DNA of 64,000 nt from Subtercola sp. GTDB taxonomy: Bacteria; Actinomycetota; Actinomycetes; Actinomycetales; Microbacteriaceae. Shown here piece after piece: positions 18,370 to 28,670 of the stretch; within the stretch, counting starts at the first letter, position 1, and every line of letters starts with the position of its first letter. Below the pieces are notes generated by a model. It ran no database searches. It saw nothing but the letters and a program-made list of their open reading frames with translations, and was not told where the DNA came from. Location: positions 2,383-66,382 of the forward strand of contig JAODBC010000003.1 of the NCBI GenBank assembly GCA_025463765.1, written 5' to 3'. The position numbers were made by a program, and so were the translations under genes.

Positions 18370-21300
18370 ATGTCTGCCGAGCCCGAATCCCCCGCACCTC
18401 TGGGCTGGTTGCGCCGCCTCTGGCAGTACATGACACGGCACCGGCGCAGCCTCTACCTTTCGCTCGGGGCGGCCCTGCTGGGCAGCGCCTGTCAGGTGGT
18501 CGTGCCGCTGGTGGCCCGGCAGATCGTCGACAACGTGATTCTGGTTCAGAACGCGCCGCTACTGCCCTGGCTCGGCTTGCTGCTCGCGCTGTCGGCCGCC
18601 GTCTTCTTCTTCGCCTACGTTCGGCGTTATCGCGGCGGTGAAGTCGCCCTCGAGGTGCAGAACGATCTGCGCAACGACATGCACGACCACCTGCAGGCGA
18701 TGGATTTCGCAAGTCTCGACCGCATGTCGACGGGGCAGCTCGTCTCTCGCGCCAACTCCGACTCCACCCTCGTGCAGAGCCTGCTGAACATGCTGCCGCT
18801 GATGAGCGGCAACGTGATTCTGATGGTGCTCTCGCTGGTGGTCATGTTCATCTTGTCGTGGCCGCTCGCCTTGGTGGCGCTGGTGGTCACGCCGCTCCTG
18901 GTGCTCATCTCATATCGCATGCGCAACCGGGTGTTTCCGGCAACGTGGGATGCCCAGCAGCGCGAGGGCGAGGTCGCCGAGATCGTCGACGAAGACGTCA
19001 ACGGCGTGCGCGTGGTGAAGGCCTTCGGGCGCGAGAAGCTCGAGGTCGAGCGCATGGTGGAGGTGTCGAGCACCCTCTACGGTTCGCAGATGCGAGCGGT
19101 TCGCATTCAGTCGCGGTACCAGCCGCTGCTCGAGGCGGTGCCGGTGCTCGCGCAGGTGGCGGTGCTAGCGTTCGGCGGTTGGCTGGCGCTGAACAATCAG
19201 CTCACGCTCGGCACATTCCTGGCGTTCTCGGCGTATGTGGCGCAGCTGATGGCCCCGGCCCGCATGCTGGCCGGCGTGTTGACCATCGGGCAGCAGGCAC
19301 GGGTGGGTATCGAGCGCATCTTTCAGCTGCTCGACCGGCCGCCCGCCATTGTCGACGCACCCGACGCCGTGGCGCTGCCTGCCGCGGCCGGGGGGCGCAT
19401 CGATTTCGACGAGGTGACGTTCGGGTACGACCCCGGGCATCCGGTGCTCGACGGCTTCGACCTGCACATCGAGCCGGGCGAGCGCGTCGCGCTGGTCGGG
19501 GCCAGCGGAAGCGGGAAGTCGACCATCGCCGCCCTGATCTCCCGCTTCTACGACCCGCTCGCCGGCTCGGTGAGCGTCGACGGGGTCGATGTTCGGCACG
19601 CGACATTGGCGTCGCTGCGCGGCTCGATCGGTGTGGTCTTCGAAGAGAGCTTTCTGTTCTCCGACTCGGTGCGCTCGAACATCGCCTACGGTCGGCCCGA
19701 TGCCAGCGACGACGAGGTGATCGCGGCGGCGCGCATCGCTCAGGCCGAGGGTTTCATCGACCGACTGCCCCGCGGCTACGACACCGTGGTCGGCGAGCGC
19801 GGGCTCAGCCTTTCGGGCGGTCAGCGGCAGCGCATCGCGCTCGCCCGTGCGATTCTGTGCGACCCGCGCATCCTGATTCTCGATGACGCCACCAGCGCCA
19901 TCGACGCGAAGACCGAAGAGCTCATTCACGACGGCCTGCGGCATACTCTCTCGAACCGCACGGTGCTGCTCATCGCACATCGCGAGTCGACGCTGCACCT
20001 GGCCGACCGCATCGTGCTGGTCGAGCACGGGCGGGTCGCCGACCACGGCACGCACGACGAACTGCGCGAACGCAATGCGACCTACCGTGGCCTGCTCTCG
20101 GGCCTCGACGACGAGACGCGCGCGGCGGTTGCAGATGGCCGCATCGAGGTGCTGGCCGACCTCACCGCCGACGGAACATCGCTGGCCGAGGCCGAGGCCG
20201 AGTGGGAGCTGGCGAACGGCGAGTTCGACGAGCCAGCGGATGCCCGAGCATCTGTTTCGGCGACGGCGGCGCCAATCGTCGAGACGTCGTCTGCGACTGC
20301 AGCGCCCTCCCGCCCGCGCACCGTCACCGGGCGGGCAAGCCTCGGCGCGGGGCTCGGTGGGCGCGGCGGCGGCCGGGGCGGCGGCGCGGGCATGGCCTCG
20401 TTTCTCGCGCCGACGCCTGAGCTGCTCGCCAACGTGGCGAAACTGCCGCCCGTGCGCGACATTCCGACCCTCGACGTCGAGCACGAGACGACGCACGACA
20501 AGCGGTTCAGTCTGCTGCGGCTGCTGAGCGAATTCCGCCGCCCGCTGGCCCTGGGGCTCGTGCTGGTGGTGATCGATGCGGTCGCCGGGCTGCTCGGCCC
20601 GGTACTCGTCAAGACCGGCATCGACGACGGCGTGCAGGCGGGTTCTGCGGCGGTGCTCTTCGCGGCATCCGGTCTGTACCTGCTCGTCACGCTGGCCGAC
20701 CTGCTCGACGAGGTGGCCTCGACGTTCGTCACCGGGCGCATCGCGCAGCGCGTTATGCTCTCGCTGCGCATTCGCATCTGGTCGCAGCTGCAGCGGCTTT
20801 CGCTCGACTACTACGAGCGCGAGATGGCCGGGCGAGTGATGACCCGCATGACCACCGACGTCGACCAGTTCGAGTCGCTCATTCAAAACGGTCTGCTCTC
20901 GGCGCTGGTCTCGGTCGTGACCTTCGTCGGCGTGGGTTTCGCCCTGCTGACGGTGAACTTCGAGCTCGGCCTGTGCACGCTCTCGGTCGTCGTTCCGCTC
21001 GCCATCGCCACGGTGTGGTTCCGGCAGCGCTCGTCGAAGCTCTACGACGTGTCGCGCGAGCGCATCGCCATCGTCAACGCCGACTTTCAAGAGAGCCTCT
21101 CGGGCGTTCGCGAGTCGCAGGCGTTCACGCACGAGGCCGCGACCATGGCGCGCTTTCACGGGCTCGGCCGTAGCTACTTGCAGTCTCGCATCGCCGCGCA
21201 GAAGCTCGTGGCGACGTACTTTCCGTTCGTGCAGTTCTTGTCGGGGGTGGCCGACGTCATCGTGCTCGGCGTGGGAGCCGGGCTCATCGCCTCGGGTGAG

Positions 21301-22320
21301 CTCAGTTCGGGGGCGCTGATCGCGTTCATCCTCTACATCGACATGTTCTTCTCACCCATTCAGCAGCTGTCGCAGGTGTTCGACTCGTGGCAGCAGACGC
21401 GCGTTTCGGTGGGGCGCATCTCTGACCTGATGGCGCTCGAGACGCTGACGCCCGAGGCCGAGCATCCGGTTGTTCCGGGGCGGCTCTCGGGCGCGCTCAC
21501 GCTCTCGAACGTGCGGTTCGCCTACCCCTCGGCGCCTCTCGTTCGCGCGGGCGGTTCGTCGGCTGCACTGCTCGGGCCCTCGGATGCCCGGCCGATCCTC
21601 AGCGAAGACGCCGCCTTCAGCAAGCCACCCGAGGCGTTGCGCGGCATCAACCTGCACGTCGCACCGCGCGAGACGCTCGCGCTCGTCGGTGAGACCGGCG
21701 CCGGAAAGTCGACCGTCATGAAGCTGCTGGCGCGGTTCTACGATGTCGACTCCGGTCAGGTGCTGGTCGACGGAATCGATGTTCAGAGCCTCGACCTCGT
21801 GGCCTTCCGCCGGCAGCTCGGCTACGTGCCGCAGGAGGCCTTCTTGTTCACCGGAACCGTGCGGGAGAACATCGCCTACGGCCGCCCCACCGCCTCGCTC
21901 GCCGAGGTGAAGACCGCGGCGCGTGCGGTCGGAGCAGACGAGTTCGTCGCCGAGCTGACCGGCGGCTACGAGCACGAGCTCACCGAGCGCGGGCGTTCGC
22001 TCTCGGCGGGGCAACGTCAGCTCATCGCTCTCGCGCGTGCGCAGCTGGTCGACCCGGCCATCCTGCTGCTCGACGAGGCGACCTCGAACCTCGACCTCGC
22101 TACCGAAGCCCGCGTGACGGCTGCGATGCAGCGCGTGTCAGAGGGTCGCACCACCATCGTCATCGCGCACCGCCTGCAGACCGCCCGTGCGGCAGACCGC
22201 ATCGCTGTTCTGCACGACGGGCGCATCGCCGAGGTCGGCTCCCACGACGACCTCCTGGCGGCCGGGGGCCGCTACGCCACCATGTGGCAAGCCTTCGAGG
22301 TCGCCGAGCGCCCCGCCTGA
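18370..22320 (+). CDS. Fused TMD-NBD-TMD-NBD ABC exporter (Rv0194-like multidrug type)
   Basis: Two Walker A motifs ([16 protein letters not shown]), signatures LSGGQ and LSAGQ, two TM domains; TAGAAT -10 lies 6 nt before ATG 18370. Confidence 0.93.
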   Translation: MSAEPESPAPLGWLRRLWQYMTRHRRSLYLSLGAALLGSACQVVVPLVARQIVDNVILVQNAPLLPWLGLLLALSAAVFFFAYVRRYRGGEVALEVQNDLRNDMHDHLQAMDFASLDRMSTGQLVSRANSDSTLVQSLLNMLPLMSGNVILMVLSLVVMFILSWPLALVALVVTPLLVLISYRMRNRVFPATWDAQQREGEVAEIVDEDVNGVRVVKAFGREKLEVERMVEVSSTLYGSQMRAVRIQSRYQPLLEAVPVLAQVAVLAFGGWLALNNQLTLGTFLAFSAYVAQLMAPARMLAGVLTIGQQARVGIERIFQLLDRPPAIVDAPDAVALPAAAGGRIDFDEVTFGYDPGHPVLDGFDLHIEPGERVALVGASGSGKSTIAALISRFYDPLAGSVSVDGVDVRHATLASLRGSIGVVFEESFLFSDSVRSNIAYGRPDASDDEVIAAARIAQAEGFIDRLPRGYDTVVGERGLSLSGGQRQRIALARAILCDPRILILDDATSAIDAKTEELIHDGLRHTLSNRTVLLIAHRESTLHLADRIVLVEHGRVADHGTHDELRERNATYRGLLSGLDDETRAAVADGRIEVLADLTADGTSLAEAEAEWELANGEFDEPADARASVSATAAPIVETSSATAAPSRPRTVTGRASLGAGLGGRGGGRGGGAGMASFLAPTPELLANVAKLPPVRDIPTLDVEHETTHDKRFSLLRLLSEFRRPLALGLVLVVIDAVAGLLGPVLVKTGIDDGVQAGSAAVLFAASGLYLLVTLADLLDEVASTFVTGRIAQRVMLSLRIRIWSQLQRLSLDYYEREMAGRVMTRMTTDVDQFESLIQNGLLSALVSVVTFVGVGFALLTVNFELGLCTLSVVVPLAIATVWFRQRSSKLYDVSRERIAIVNADFQESLSGVRESQAFTHEAATMARFHGLGRSYLQSRIAAQKLVATYFPFVQFLSGVADVIVLGVGAGLIASGELSSGALIAFILYIDMFFSPIQQLSQVFDSWQQTRVSVGRISDLMALETLTPEAEHPVVPGRLSGALTLSNVRFAYPSAPLVRAGGSSAALLGPSDARPILSEDAAFSKPPEALRGINLHVAPRETLALVGETGAGKSTVMKLLARFYDVDSGQVLVDGIDVQSLDLVAFRRQLGYVPQEAFLFTGTVRENIAYGRPTASLAEVKTAARAVGADEFVAELTGGYEHELTERGRSLSAGQRQLIALARAQLVDPAILLLDEATSNLDLATEARVTAAMQRVSEGRTTIVIAHRLQTARAADRIAVLHDGRIAEVGSHDDLLAAGGRYATMWQAFEVAERPA

Positions 22321-22371
22321 CCCGCGCGCACACCCTCCTCTTCCTCCCCCGCCGACTCCCCCGCCGCCTTT

Positions 22372-22430
22372 GCTGAGATCACGACAAGTGTTCTAAAACT
22401 CGCGGTTTAGGCACTCTTTGTGATGTCAAC
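22372..22430. repeat. Imperfect long inverted repeat between convergent genes (REP-like or bidirectional terminator)
   Basis: gctgagatcacgacaagtgttctaaa ... tttaggcactctttgtgatgtcaac. Confidence 0.6.
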
Positions 22431-24209
22431 GGGACGCGAAAGGGACGGGCGGACAACGAGGCGACCGGCGAAGTAGGTGGCGAGGATGCGGGTGGCGGCG
22501 AGCTCGTCGGGGGTGACGGCGTAGGGGTCGCGGTCGATGATGATGAGGTCGGCGTATTTGCCGGGCTCGATGCTTCCCACGATGTCTTCGGCGAAGAGCT
22601 GTTTCGCCGCGGCGGTGGTGTGCGCCCGCAGCGCGTCGTCGATGCCGATGCCGACGAGCGCGCCAGTCCCGACGGCCGGCCCCGGCGAACCGCCCTCCGC
22701 CACTCCGACGTGCGACGTGCGACGTCCATCCGCCGCAGTGACGCCTTCGACACCCTCCGCGCCACCCGGCGCCCCACTGAACCCACCGTACCCACCCACG
22801 GAGGTCAGCAGCCGCCCACTGCGCGTGCGGCGCGTCATCGCGGTCGCCATGTTGCGGAACGGCTCGAGCGGCGTCACCGTTCCATCGTTGTGAAAGGTCG
22901 GCGCGAGCCCTGCCGCAATCGCCGCCGCGCTGTCGGCCCAGCGGCCGCCGTGCTGCGGCCCGAACAGGTCGTCGACGAGAACATCTCCCCAGTAGTACAG
23001 ATGGTCGGAGAAGATGCTCACGAGAACGCCGAGTTCGGCAGCCCGCGAGAACTGCGCGGCCGTCATGGCTCCGACGTGCTCGAGCCGAAAACGATGGTCG
23101 GTCAAGGAGTTTTCTTCGATGACCTGCTGCCACGCATCCAGTGTCGCGTCGATCGCCAGGTCACCGTGGGCGTGACAGGCCAACTGCCAACCCTCCCCCG
23201 CGTACTGCCGCGAGATCGCCAGAATCTGGGCGCTGTCGAAGTTGAGCGTGCCGTGGTGGCCCGGCTCGAGCCCCATCGCCCGTGTCGCCGCCGTGTCGAG
23301 GTAGGGGTACGACGTGGCGATATTGCCTATCCACGGCGACCCGTCTGCCCAGGTCTTGACGCCGATCTGCCGCACGACGTCGTCGCCGTTCTCGAGCGCG
23401 ACCGAAGCGCGTGCCCCGGGCGCCGACATCTCATACAATCGCAACCGCACGGTGAGTGGATGTTCGGCCCGCACCGCCTCGAGCCCGGCCTGTGTCGACG
23501 CCTCCCACGACAGGTCGGCGATCGTCGTCACCCCCGCCGCATTCGTGCGGGCGATCTCGTCACGAAAAACCCGTACGAAATCACCCCGCGCCTGCAGCAG
23601 CACCGGGCCGCACACCTGAAACACCGCCCCGGCCTCGTATCCGACGCCCGTCAGGTGCCCCTCGGCATCACGCCCGAAGCTCGAGCCGGCCGGGTCGGAA
23701 GTGCTGTCGTCGAGACCGGCGGCTCGCGCCGCGGCGCTGTTGAAAAACACCGAGTGACCCGAATTGTGCAGAATCACCAGCGGAGTCGCTGCCGCCAGCG
23801 CATCCAGACTCTGCAGCGTCGGGTTGACGAGGCCCTTCTGCAGCAGCGGATCCCACCCGTTCGCAAACACTCCCGCCGGCCGCTCGGCAAGCGCCTCGGT
23901 CAGCGCTGCCGTCACCTCGTCGGCCGTCGCCAACGTCACCGGCCTGATGTCGAGCACGTAATCGCTCAGCAGCACGGCCGCCGACGACGGATGCCCGTGG
24001 GGCTCGATGAGCCCCGGCATCAGGCAGCGTTCCCCCAACTCCACCACCTCGGTGTCGGCCGTCGCGAGCGCCCGCAGCTCGGCCTCGCTGCCCACGGCCT
24101 CGATGCGGTCATCCAGCACCAGCACCGCCTCGGCGGGCGCACCTGCCGCCGCGGCGCCGCCGCCTTCGGCCATGGTGACGATGCGGCCGACGAAGAGAAG
24201 GGAGGTCAT
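22407..24209 (-). CDS. YtcJ-like metal-dependent amidohydrolase
   Basis: PGLIEPHGH, KTWADGS, HAHGDLA, RLEH, GSIEPGKYADL. Confidence 0.9.
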   Translation of the reverse strand: MTSLLFVGRIVTMAEGGGAAAAGAPAEAVLVLDDRIEAVGSEAELRALATADTEVVELGERCLMPGLIEPHGHPSSAAVLLSDYVLDIRPVTLATADEVTAALTEALAERPAGVFANGWDPLLQKGLVNPTLQSLDALAAATPLVILHNSGHSVFFNSAAARAAGLDDSTSDPAGSSFGRDAEGHLTGVGYEAGAVFQVCGPVLLQARGDFVRVFRDEIARTNAAGVTTIADLSWEASTQAGLEAVRAEHPLTVRLRLYEMSAPGARASVALENGDDVVRQIGVKTWADGSPWIGNIATSYPYLDTAATRAMGLEPGHHGTLNFDSAQILAISRQYAGEGWQLACHAHGDLAIDATLDAWQQVIEENSLTDHRFRLEHVGAMTAAQFSRAAELGVLVSIFSDHLYYWGDVLVDDLFGPQHGGRWADSAAAIAAGLAPTFHNDGTVTPLEPFRNMATAMTRRTRSGRLLTSVGGYGGFSGAPGGAEGVEGVTAADGRRTSHVGVAEGGSPGPAVGTGALVGIGIDDALRAHTTAAAKQLFAEDIVGSIEPGKYADLIIIDRDPYAVTPDELAATRILATYFAGRLVVRPSLSRPVDITKSA

Positions 24210-24339
24210 GGTCGTCAGCCTAGCCATGCGGCCGTCGCCGCTCAGTGACGGGCTCCGGATGCGGCCGGCGTCACTCGAGAATAGGATGCTGCTGAGCCTG
24301 CCTCAACGGCAGGCCTCGTTTTCGGCTCGAAAGGTTCTC

Positions 24340-24915
24340 ATGACCGACCCGCAGTACCCGGAGCAGCCGCAGCAGTATCCGCCGGCTCAGCAGCAGCCAG
24401 GAGCCTACCCCGGCCAGGCTCCCGACCCGGGTCAGTATCCTGGCCAGCAGTACCCGCCGAACCCCTACCCCGGCCAGCCCTCTCAGGGTCAATACCCTGG
24501 CCAGACTCCGTACCCTGGCCAGGCTCCGTACCCCGGCCAAGCTCCGTACCCCGGCCAAGACCCCTACCCACAGCAGCCGCAGCAGCAGTACGTGCCACCC
24601 ACCTATCCGCCGGTGCAGTACGCGCCGAACCTGAACCCGGCACCGCCGACCAACGTGTTCGCGATCATCGCCCTTGTCGCGTCGTTCATCTTTCCGGTCG
24701 CCGGCATCGTGCTCGGTCATATCGCTCTCAGCCAGATCAAGCGCACGCACGAGCAGGGCCACGGCCTGGCGCTAGCCGGCACCATCATCGGCTACGCGCT
24801 GACCAGCCTCGCGATTCTGGCGGTGGTGGCCTACGTGGTGTTCTTCGTCTTCATCTTCATCGCGGCCGGTACGGCGCACCACTACGACACGTACTACCCG
24901 TCGTACCCCTCCTGA
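24340..24915 (+). CDS. DUF4190 membrane protein with PYPGQ repeats
   Basis: TNVFAIIALV...GHIALSQIKR...GHGLALAG; Pro/Gln/Tyr-rich N-terminus. Confidence 0.88.
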   Translation: MTDPQYPEQPQQYPPAQQQPGAYPGQAPDPGQYPGQQYPPNPYPGQPSQGQYPGQTPYPGQAPYPGQAPYPGQDPYPQQPQQQYVPPTYPPVQYAPNLNPAPPTNVFAIIALVASFIFPVAGIVLGHIALSQIKRTHEQGHGLALAGTIIGYALTSLAILAVVAYVVFFVFIFIAAGTAHHYDTYYPSYPS

Positions 24916-24930
24916 TCGCCGGGGCCGCCC

Positions 24931-25794
24931 TCACACCGGCGCGACGAGTTCGCGCAGCACCTCCGCCCGCCGCGTCACCGCGATGAAGTGCCCTTCGTCG
25001 GGGTATTCGTGCAGCGTGGCGCGTGGTAACCGCGACACCATGGTGCGCGCCCACGACGGCGGCACGAGGTTGTCGACGCCGCCCTGGTAGATATCGACGG
25101 GCACGGTGATCTGCTCCAGCTCGAAGCCCCAGGGCGCGACGAACGCGGCGTACTCATCGACGGCACCGGCCGCATCCAGCGCCGCGTCGACCACGCACTG
25201 CGCGAACCATTCGTGGTTCTCTTCGACGATGTCGGCGTCGACACGGGTCATGGTGCGGGCCGCCACCCGGGCGACGACGCGTGGTGAGGCCCCCGCGAGC
25301 ATCCGGCTGGTCACGAAGTACCCGCGCGCAAGCAACGGAAGGCGCCGAGACAGACTCGAGAGCCGCCGGTCAGTGGCATTCAGCTCGCCGAAGATCTGTG
25401 GGTCGTCAAGCGGCAGCGCCCCGGCGATGACAGCCGCGCGTTCGACCCGCGACGGCAGCGCGTAGGCGGCTGCGAGGGCGTACTGACCGCCCTCCGACCA
25501 CCCCATCACCGTGAACCGCTCGATCTCGAGCCGGTCGACGAGTTCGACGAGGTCGGTCTGCGCCCAGTTCAGAATGCCGTGCCCGGCCTTGCGGCTCGAC
25601 CGCCCGATGCCCGGCCGGTTCGGCGAGATGATCGAGATACCGGATGCCCGTGCCGCCGCGTCACTGAGACCCACGTCGAGCCCGCTGACCAGCCCGCCGT
25701 GGCAGTTCACCACGACCTCACCGCCCGCGTCGCCGAAACGGTAGTAGACCATTCGGCGCCCGTCCGCGAGCGTGATCTCTTCGGCTACGCCCAT
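24931..25794 (-). CDS. Alpha/beta fold hydrolase
   Basis: HGG, NRPGIGRS, GWSEGG nucleophile elbow, D, EGH. Confidence 0.9.
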   Translation of the reverse strand: MGVAEEITLADGRRMVYYRFGDAGGEVVVNCHGGLVSGLDVGLSDAAARASGISIISPNRPGIGRSSRKAGHGILNWAQTDLVELVDRLEIERFTVMGWSEGGQYALAAAYALPSRVERAAVIAGALPLDDPQIFGELNATDRRLSSLSRRLPLLARGYFVTSRMLAGASPRVVARVAARTMTRVDADIVEENHEWFAQCVVDAALDAAGAVDEYAAFVAPWGFELEQITVPVDIYQGGVDNLVPPSWARTMVSRLPRATLHEYPDEGHFIAVTRRAEVLRELVAPV

Positions 25795-25983
25795 GACGGC
25801 CGCCCGCTCACGCGAGGTGCCTCATTGACGTCTGCCGCTCATCCACCAAGTCTGCCACCGAGCCGCATACCGGATCGCAACATGAGAGCGCGAGTAGTGT
25901 GCTCACGTTACAAGCTTGTCAACTCCCCAGGGAATTGCCACTGAAACACAACGTGGCACCCCCAGGCGCAGTAGGTTGAAAAA

Positions 25984-28668
25984 ATGAGTGCAGAGTTGAC
26001 CCTCGGTGCAGAAGAAGAATTGCATCTCATCGATCTCGAGAGCGGAAAGCTTTCGGCCCGTGCACCACAACTGCTCTCCCGCCTGCCGGAAGCACACTAC
26101 TCGGCCGAAATCCAGCGCACGACGGTCGAGACGAATACAGCGGTGACTTCGACGCTGTCAGGCTTACGCGACGAAATCGTGCGCCTGCGTAAGGGCCTGA
26201 TCGACGCTGCAGGTGCTTACGGGCTGGGTGTGGCCGCTGTGGGCACTGCCCCGCATTCCGACTTCGCCGACTTCGAACTCACCGCGACCGGGCGCTACCG
26301 TCGCATGCAAGAGCAGTACCGCCTGCTGGTCGACGAGCAGCTCATCTGCGGGCTGCAGATACACGTGGGCGTCTCCGATCGCGACTTGGCCGTGCAGATC
26401 GCCCAGCGAATCTCGCGAGATCTGCCGATTCTGCTGGCGCTGTCGGCGAGTTCGCCGTTTCTGAACGGGCACGACACCGGCTACGCGAGCATCCGCACCA
26501 CCATCTGGCAGCGCTGGCCGAGCGCCGGCGCGACCGGTGAGCTCGGTTCTGCGGCCGAATACGACGAAATGCTCGCAGACCTCATAGCCAGCGGCGTGAT
26601 CGCCGACGCGAAGATGGCGTACTTCGATGTAAGGCCCTCTGCACACGAGCCGACGCTCGAGCTTCGCGTCTGCGATGCCTGCCCCATCGTCGACGACGCG
26701 ATTCTGATCGCCGGCATCTTTCGCGCCTCGGTGCGCGCCGCCGAGCTCGACATCGAGCGTGGTGTACCCGCCGAAACCCAACGAGCGCCGCTGCACCGCG
26801 CAGCCATGTGGCAGGCGGCCCGCGGCGGGCTTTCGGGCCAGCTGCTCGACGGAACGCCTCACCCGAAACCCGTGCCCGCCGCCTGGGCTGTGCGCGACCT
26901 GGTGTCGCGCCTGCGCCCGCAGCTCGAAGAACTCGGCGACTACGACGAGGTGCGCGAACTCAGCGAGATGACCCTGGCCCGCGGCAACTCGGCCGACCGC
27001 CAGCGCGCCGCTTTCGCAGAGCGTGGCGAGCTGCGCGACGTGGTCGAGCTCGTGGTGCAAGAGACCCACGGGCCGGCGCAAGGCACCGCGCCCTCGGTTT
27101 CGGCCATGCGGTCGTACCGCACGCGCGCGGGCGACGAGGCCGTCGGGCCGAGCTCGATGCCCCGCCCGGCGTACCACGACATCATCGACTTCTACCGCGC
27201 GCTTCCGCCGGCCGAGCTGGCAGCCCGAGAGCATGCCCGCGCCAGCTTCACGGCCTTGAACTCCCTCACGTTCGGGGTCAAGGGCGACGTGCAGAGCTTC
27301 GACGTCGACCTCTTTCCGCGCCTCATCAGCGCCTATCAGTGGAACGAGCTCTCTGCAGGGCTCAGCCAGCGTGCCCGCGCCATCGAGGCGTTTCTCGAAG
27401 ACATCTACGGCGAGCAGCGCATCGTCGCCGACGGGCTGATGCCGTCGAACATCGTGGACTCCCCCGGCTGGCGCGAAGAAGCCACTCTGCTGAAGCCCGG
27501 CGTCGTGCGCGCTCCCGTGCAGGGCTTCGACCTCGTTCGTAACGAGTTCGGCGGCTGGCGCGTGCTCGAAGACAACGTTCGCGCTCCCTCCGGCGCCGCG
27601 TACTCGATGGCTGCGCGCCGGCTGATGGATGCCGCGGTGCCCGACCTGCCCCGCCCCAGCGGCCTGCTCGATCCGCACACCGCGCTGCCTCTGCTGCGCG
27701 ACACGCTGCTGGCCGGTGGCGCCGCGACCGTGCACCAGCCCGGTGACAACACGACTGCCGCCGTCTTTTCGAGCGGACCCAACAGCGCCGCCTGGTTCGA
27801 GCATTCCGCACTCGCCGAGGGCGCCGGCCTGCTGCTGGTGACGGCCGACGACCTCGATGTGGTGTGGAGCGAAGGTGCGGCACCGAAGGTCGTAGAGAAG
27901 GCGACCGGCACGGTCATCCACTCGCTGTACTTGCGGCTCGACCCCGAACTCGTCGACCTCGTCGACAGCGCCGGTCGGCCGATCGGCGAGCAGATCATGA
28001 AAGCTGCGGCCGAGGGCGGGGTCTACCTGGCCAATGCGCCCGGTAACGGCATCGCTGACGACAAGGCGATGTACTGCAACATTCCCGATCTCATTGCGTA
28101 TTACCTCGACGAGCGGCCGTTGCTGGAATCGGTACCGACCTACCGCACCAGCGACCCCTCCGAGCGGCGCACCGTGCTCGAGCGGGTCGGCGAGCTGGTG
28201 ACCAAGCCAGTCGACGGTGAAGGCGGTCGCGGGGTGCTGATCGGCCCGTCGGCTGCGGCCTCGGTGGTTGCGGAGCGCCGTGCCGAAATCGCCGCGAACC
28301 CCGAGATCTGGGTTGCGCAAGAGCTGGTGGCGCTATCGTCGCTGCCGACCTTCGATCACACCTCGCTCGAGCCCCGGCACGTCGACTTGCGTGCCTTCGT
28401 CTACGTGCGCGGCACCGAGCCGGGCGACGCGATCACCGCCGACCTCGCACTGACGCGCGTGGCACCGGCGGGAAGCATGGTGGTGAATTCGTCGCAGGGC
28501 GGCGGCGCCAAAGACACCTGGATTCTCGGGCCAGACTCCGTGCACGCCGAGAACATGCACCTGCGTACCGGCCCGCTGCTGATCACTCGTATCGGCGGCG
28601 CGGTCGCTGCCGAGTCGCGTGCCGATATTGATACGTCTGACACGCCCGACCCCGAACAGGAGGCCTGA
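25984..28668 (+). CDS. Fusion: carboxylate-amine ligase (YbdK/GCS2) plus circularly permuted type 2 ATP-grasp
   Basis: N-half TLGAEEE, GLQIHVG, LSASSPF, YFDVRP..EPTLELRVCD; C-half LEDNVRAPSG, ANAPGNGIADDK, KPVDGEGG, PRHVDLR, VVNSSQGGGAKDTW. Confidence 0.9.
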   Translation: MSAELTLGAEEELHLIDLESGKLSARAPQLLSRLPEAHYSAEIQRTTVETNTAVTSTLSGLRDEIVRLRKGLIDAAGAYGLGVAAVGTAPHSDFADFELTATGRYRRMQEQYRLLVDEQLICGLQIHVGVSDRDLAVQIAQRISRDLPILLALSASSPFLNGHDTGYASIRTTIWQRWPSAGATGELGSAAEYDEMLADLIASGVIADAKMAYFDVRPSAHEPTLELRVCDACPIVDDAILIAGIFRASVRAAELDIERGVPAETQRAPLHRAAMWQAARGGLSGQLLDGTPHPKPVPAAWAVRDLVSRLRPQLEELGDYDEVRELSEMTLARGNSADRQRAAFAERGELRDVVELVVQETHGPAQGTAPSVSAMRSYRTRAGDEAVGPSSMPRPAYHDIIDFYRALPPAELAAREHARASFTALNSLTFGVKGDVQSFDVDLFPRLISAYQWNELSAGLSQRARAIEAFLEDIYGEQRIVADGLMPSNIVDSPGWREEATLLKPGVVRAPVQGFDLVRNEFGGWRVLEDNVRAPSGAAYSMAARRLMDAAVPDLPRPSGLLDPHTALPLLRDTLLAGGAATVHQPGDNTTAAVFSSGPNSAAWFEHSALAEGAGLLLVTADDLDVVWSEGAAPKVVEKATGTVIHSLYLRLDPELVDLVDSAGRPIGEQIMKAAAEGGVYLANAPGNGIADDKAMYCNIPDLIAYYLDERPLLESVPTYRTSDPSERRTVLERVGELVTKPVDGEGGRGVLIGPSAAASVVAERRAEIAANPEIWVAQELVALSSLPTFDHTSLEPRHVDLRAFVYVRGTEPGDAITADLALTRVAPAGSMVVNSSQGGGAKDTWILGPDSVHAENMHLRTGPLLITRIGGAVAAESRADIDTSDTPDPEQEA

Positions 28669-28670
28669 CC

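Noticed and set aside
24400-24570. 18-bp coding repeats (PYPGQx)
   Set aside because: Ordinary low-complexity N-terminus of DUF4190 proteins.
14341-28320. Long ORFs 14341-15897(+), 16721-18370(+), 19165-21159(-), 22620-24248(+), 26164-28320(-)
   Set aside because: Each lies opposite a well-supported gene and has the Arg/Gly-rich composition of a shadow frame.
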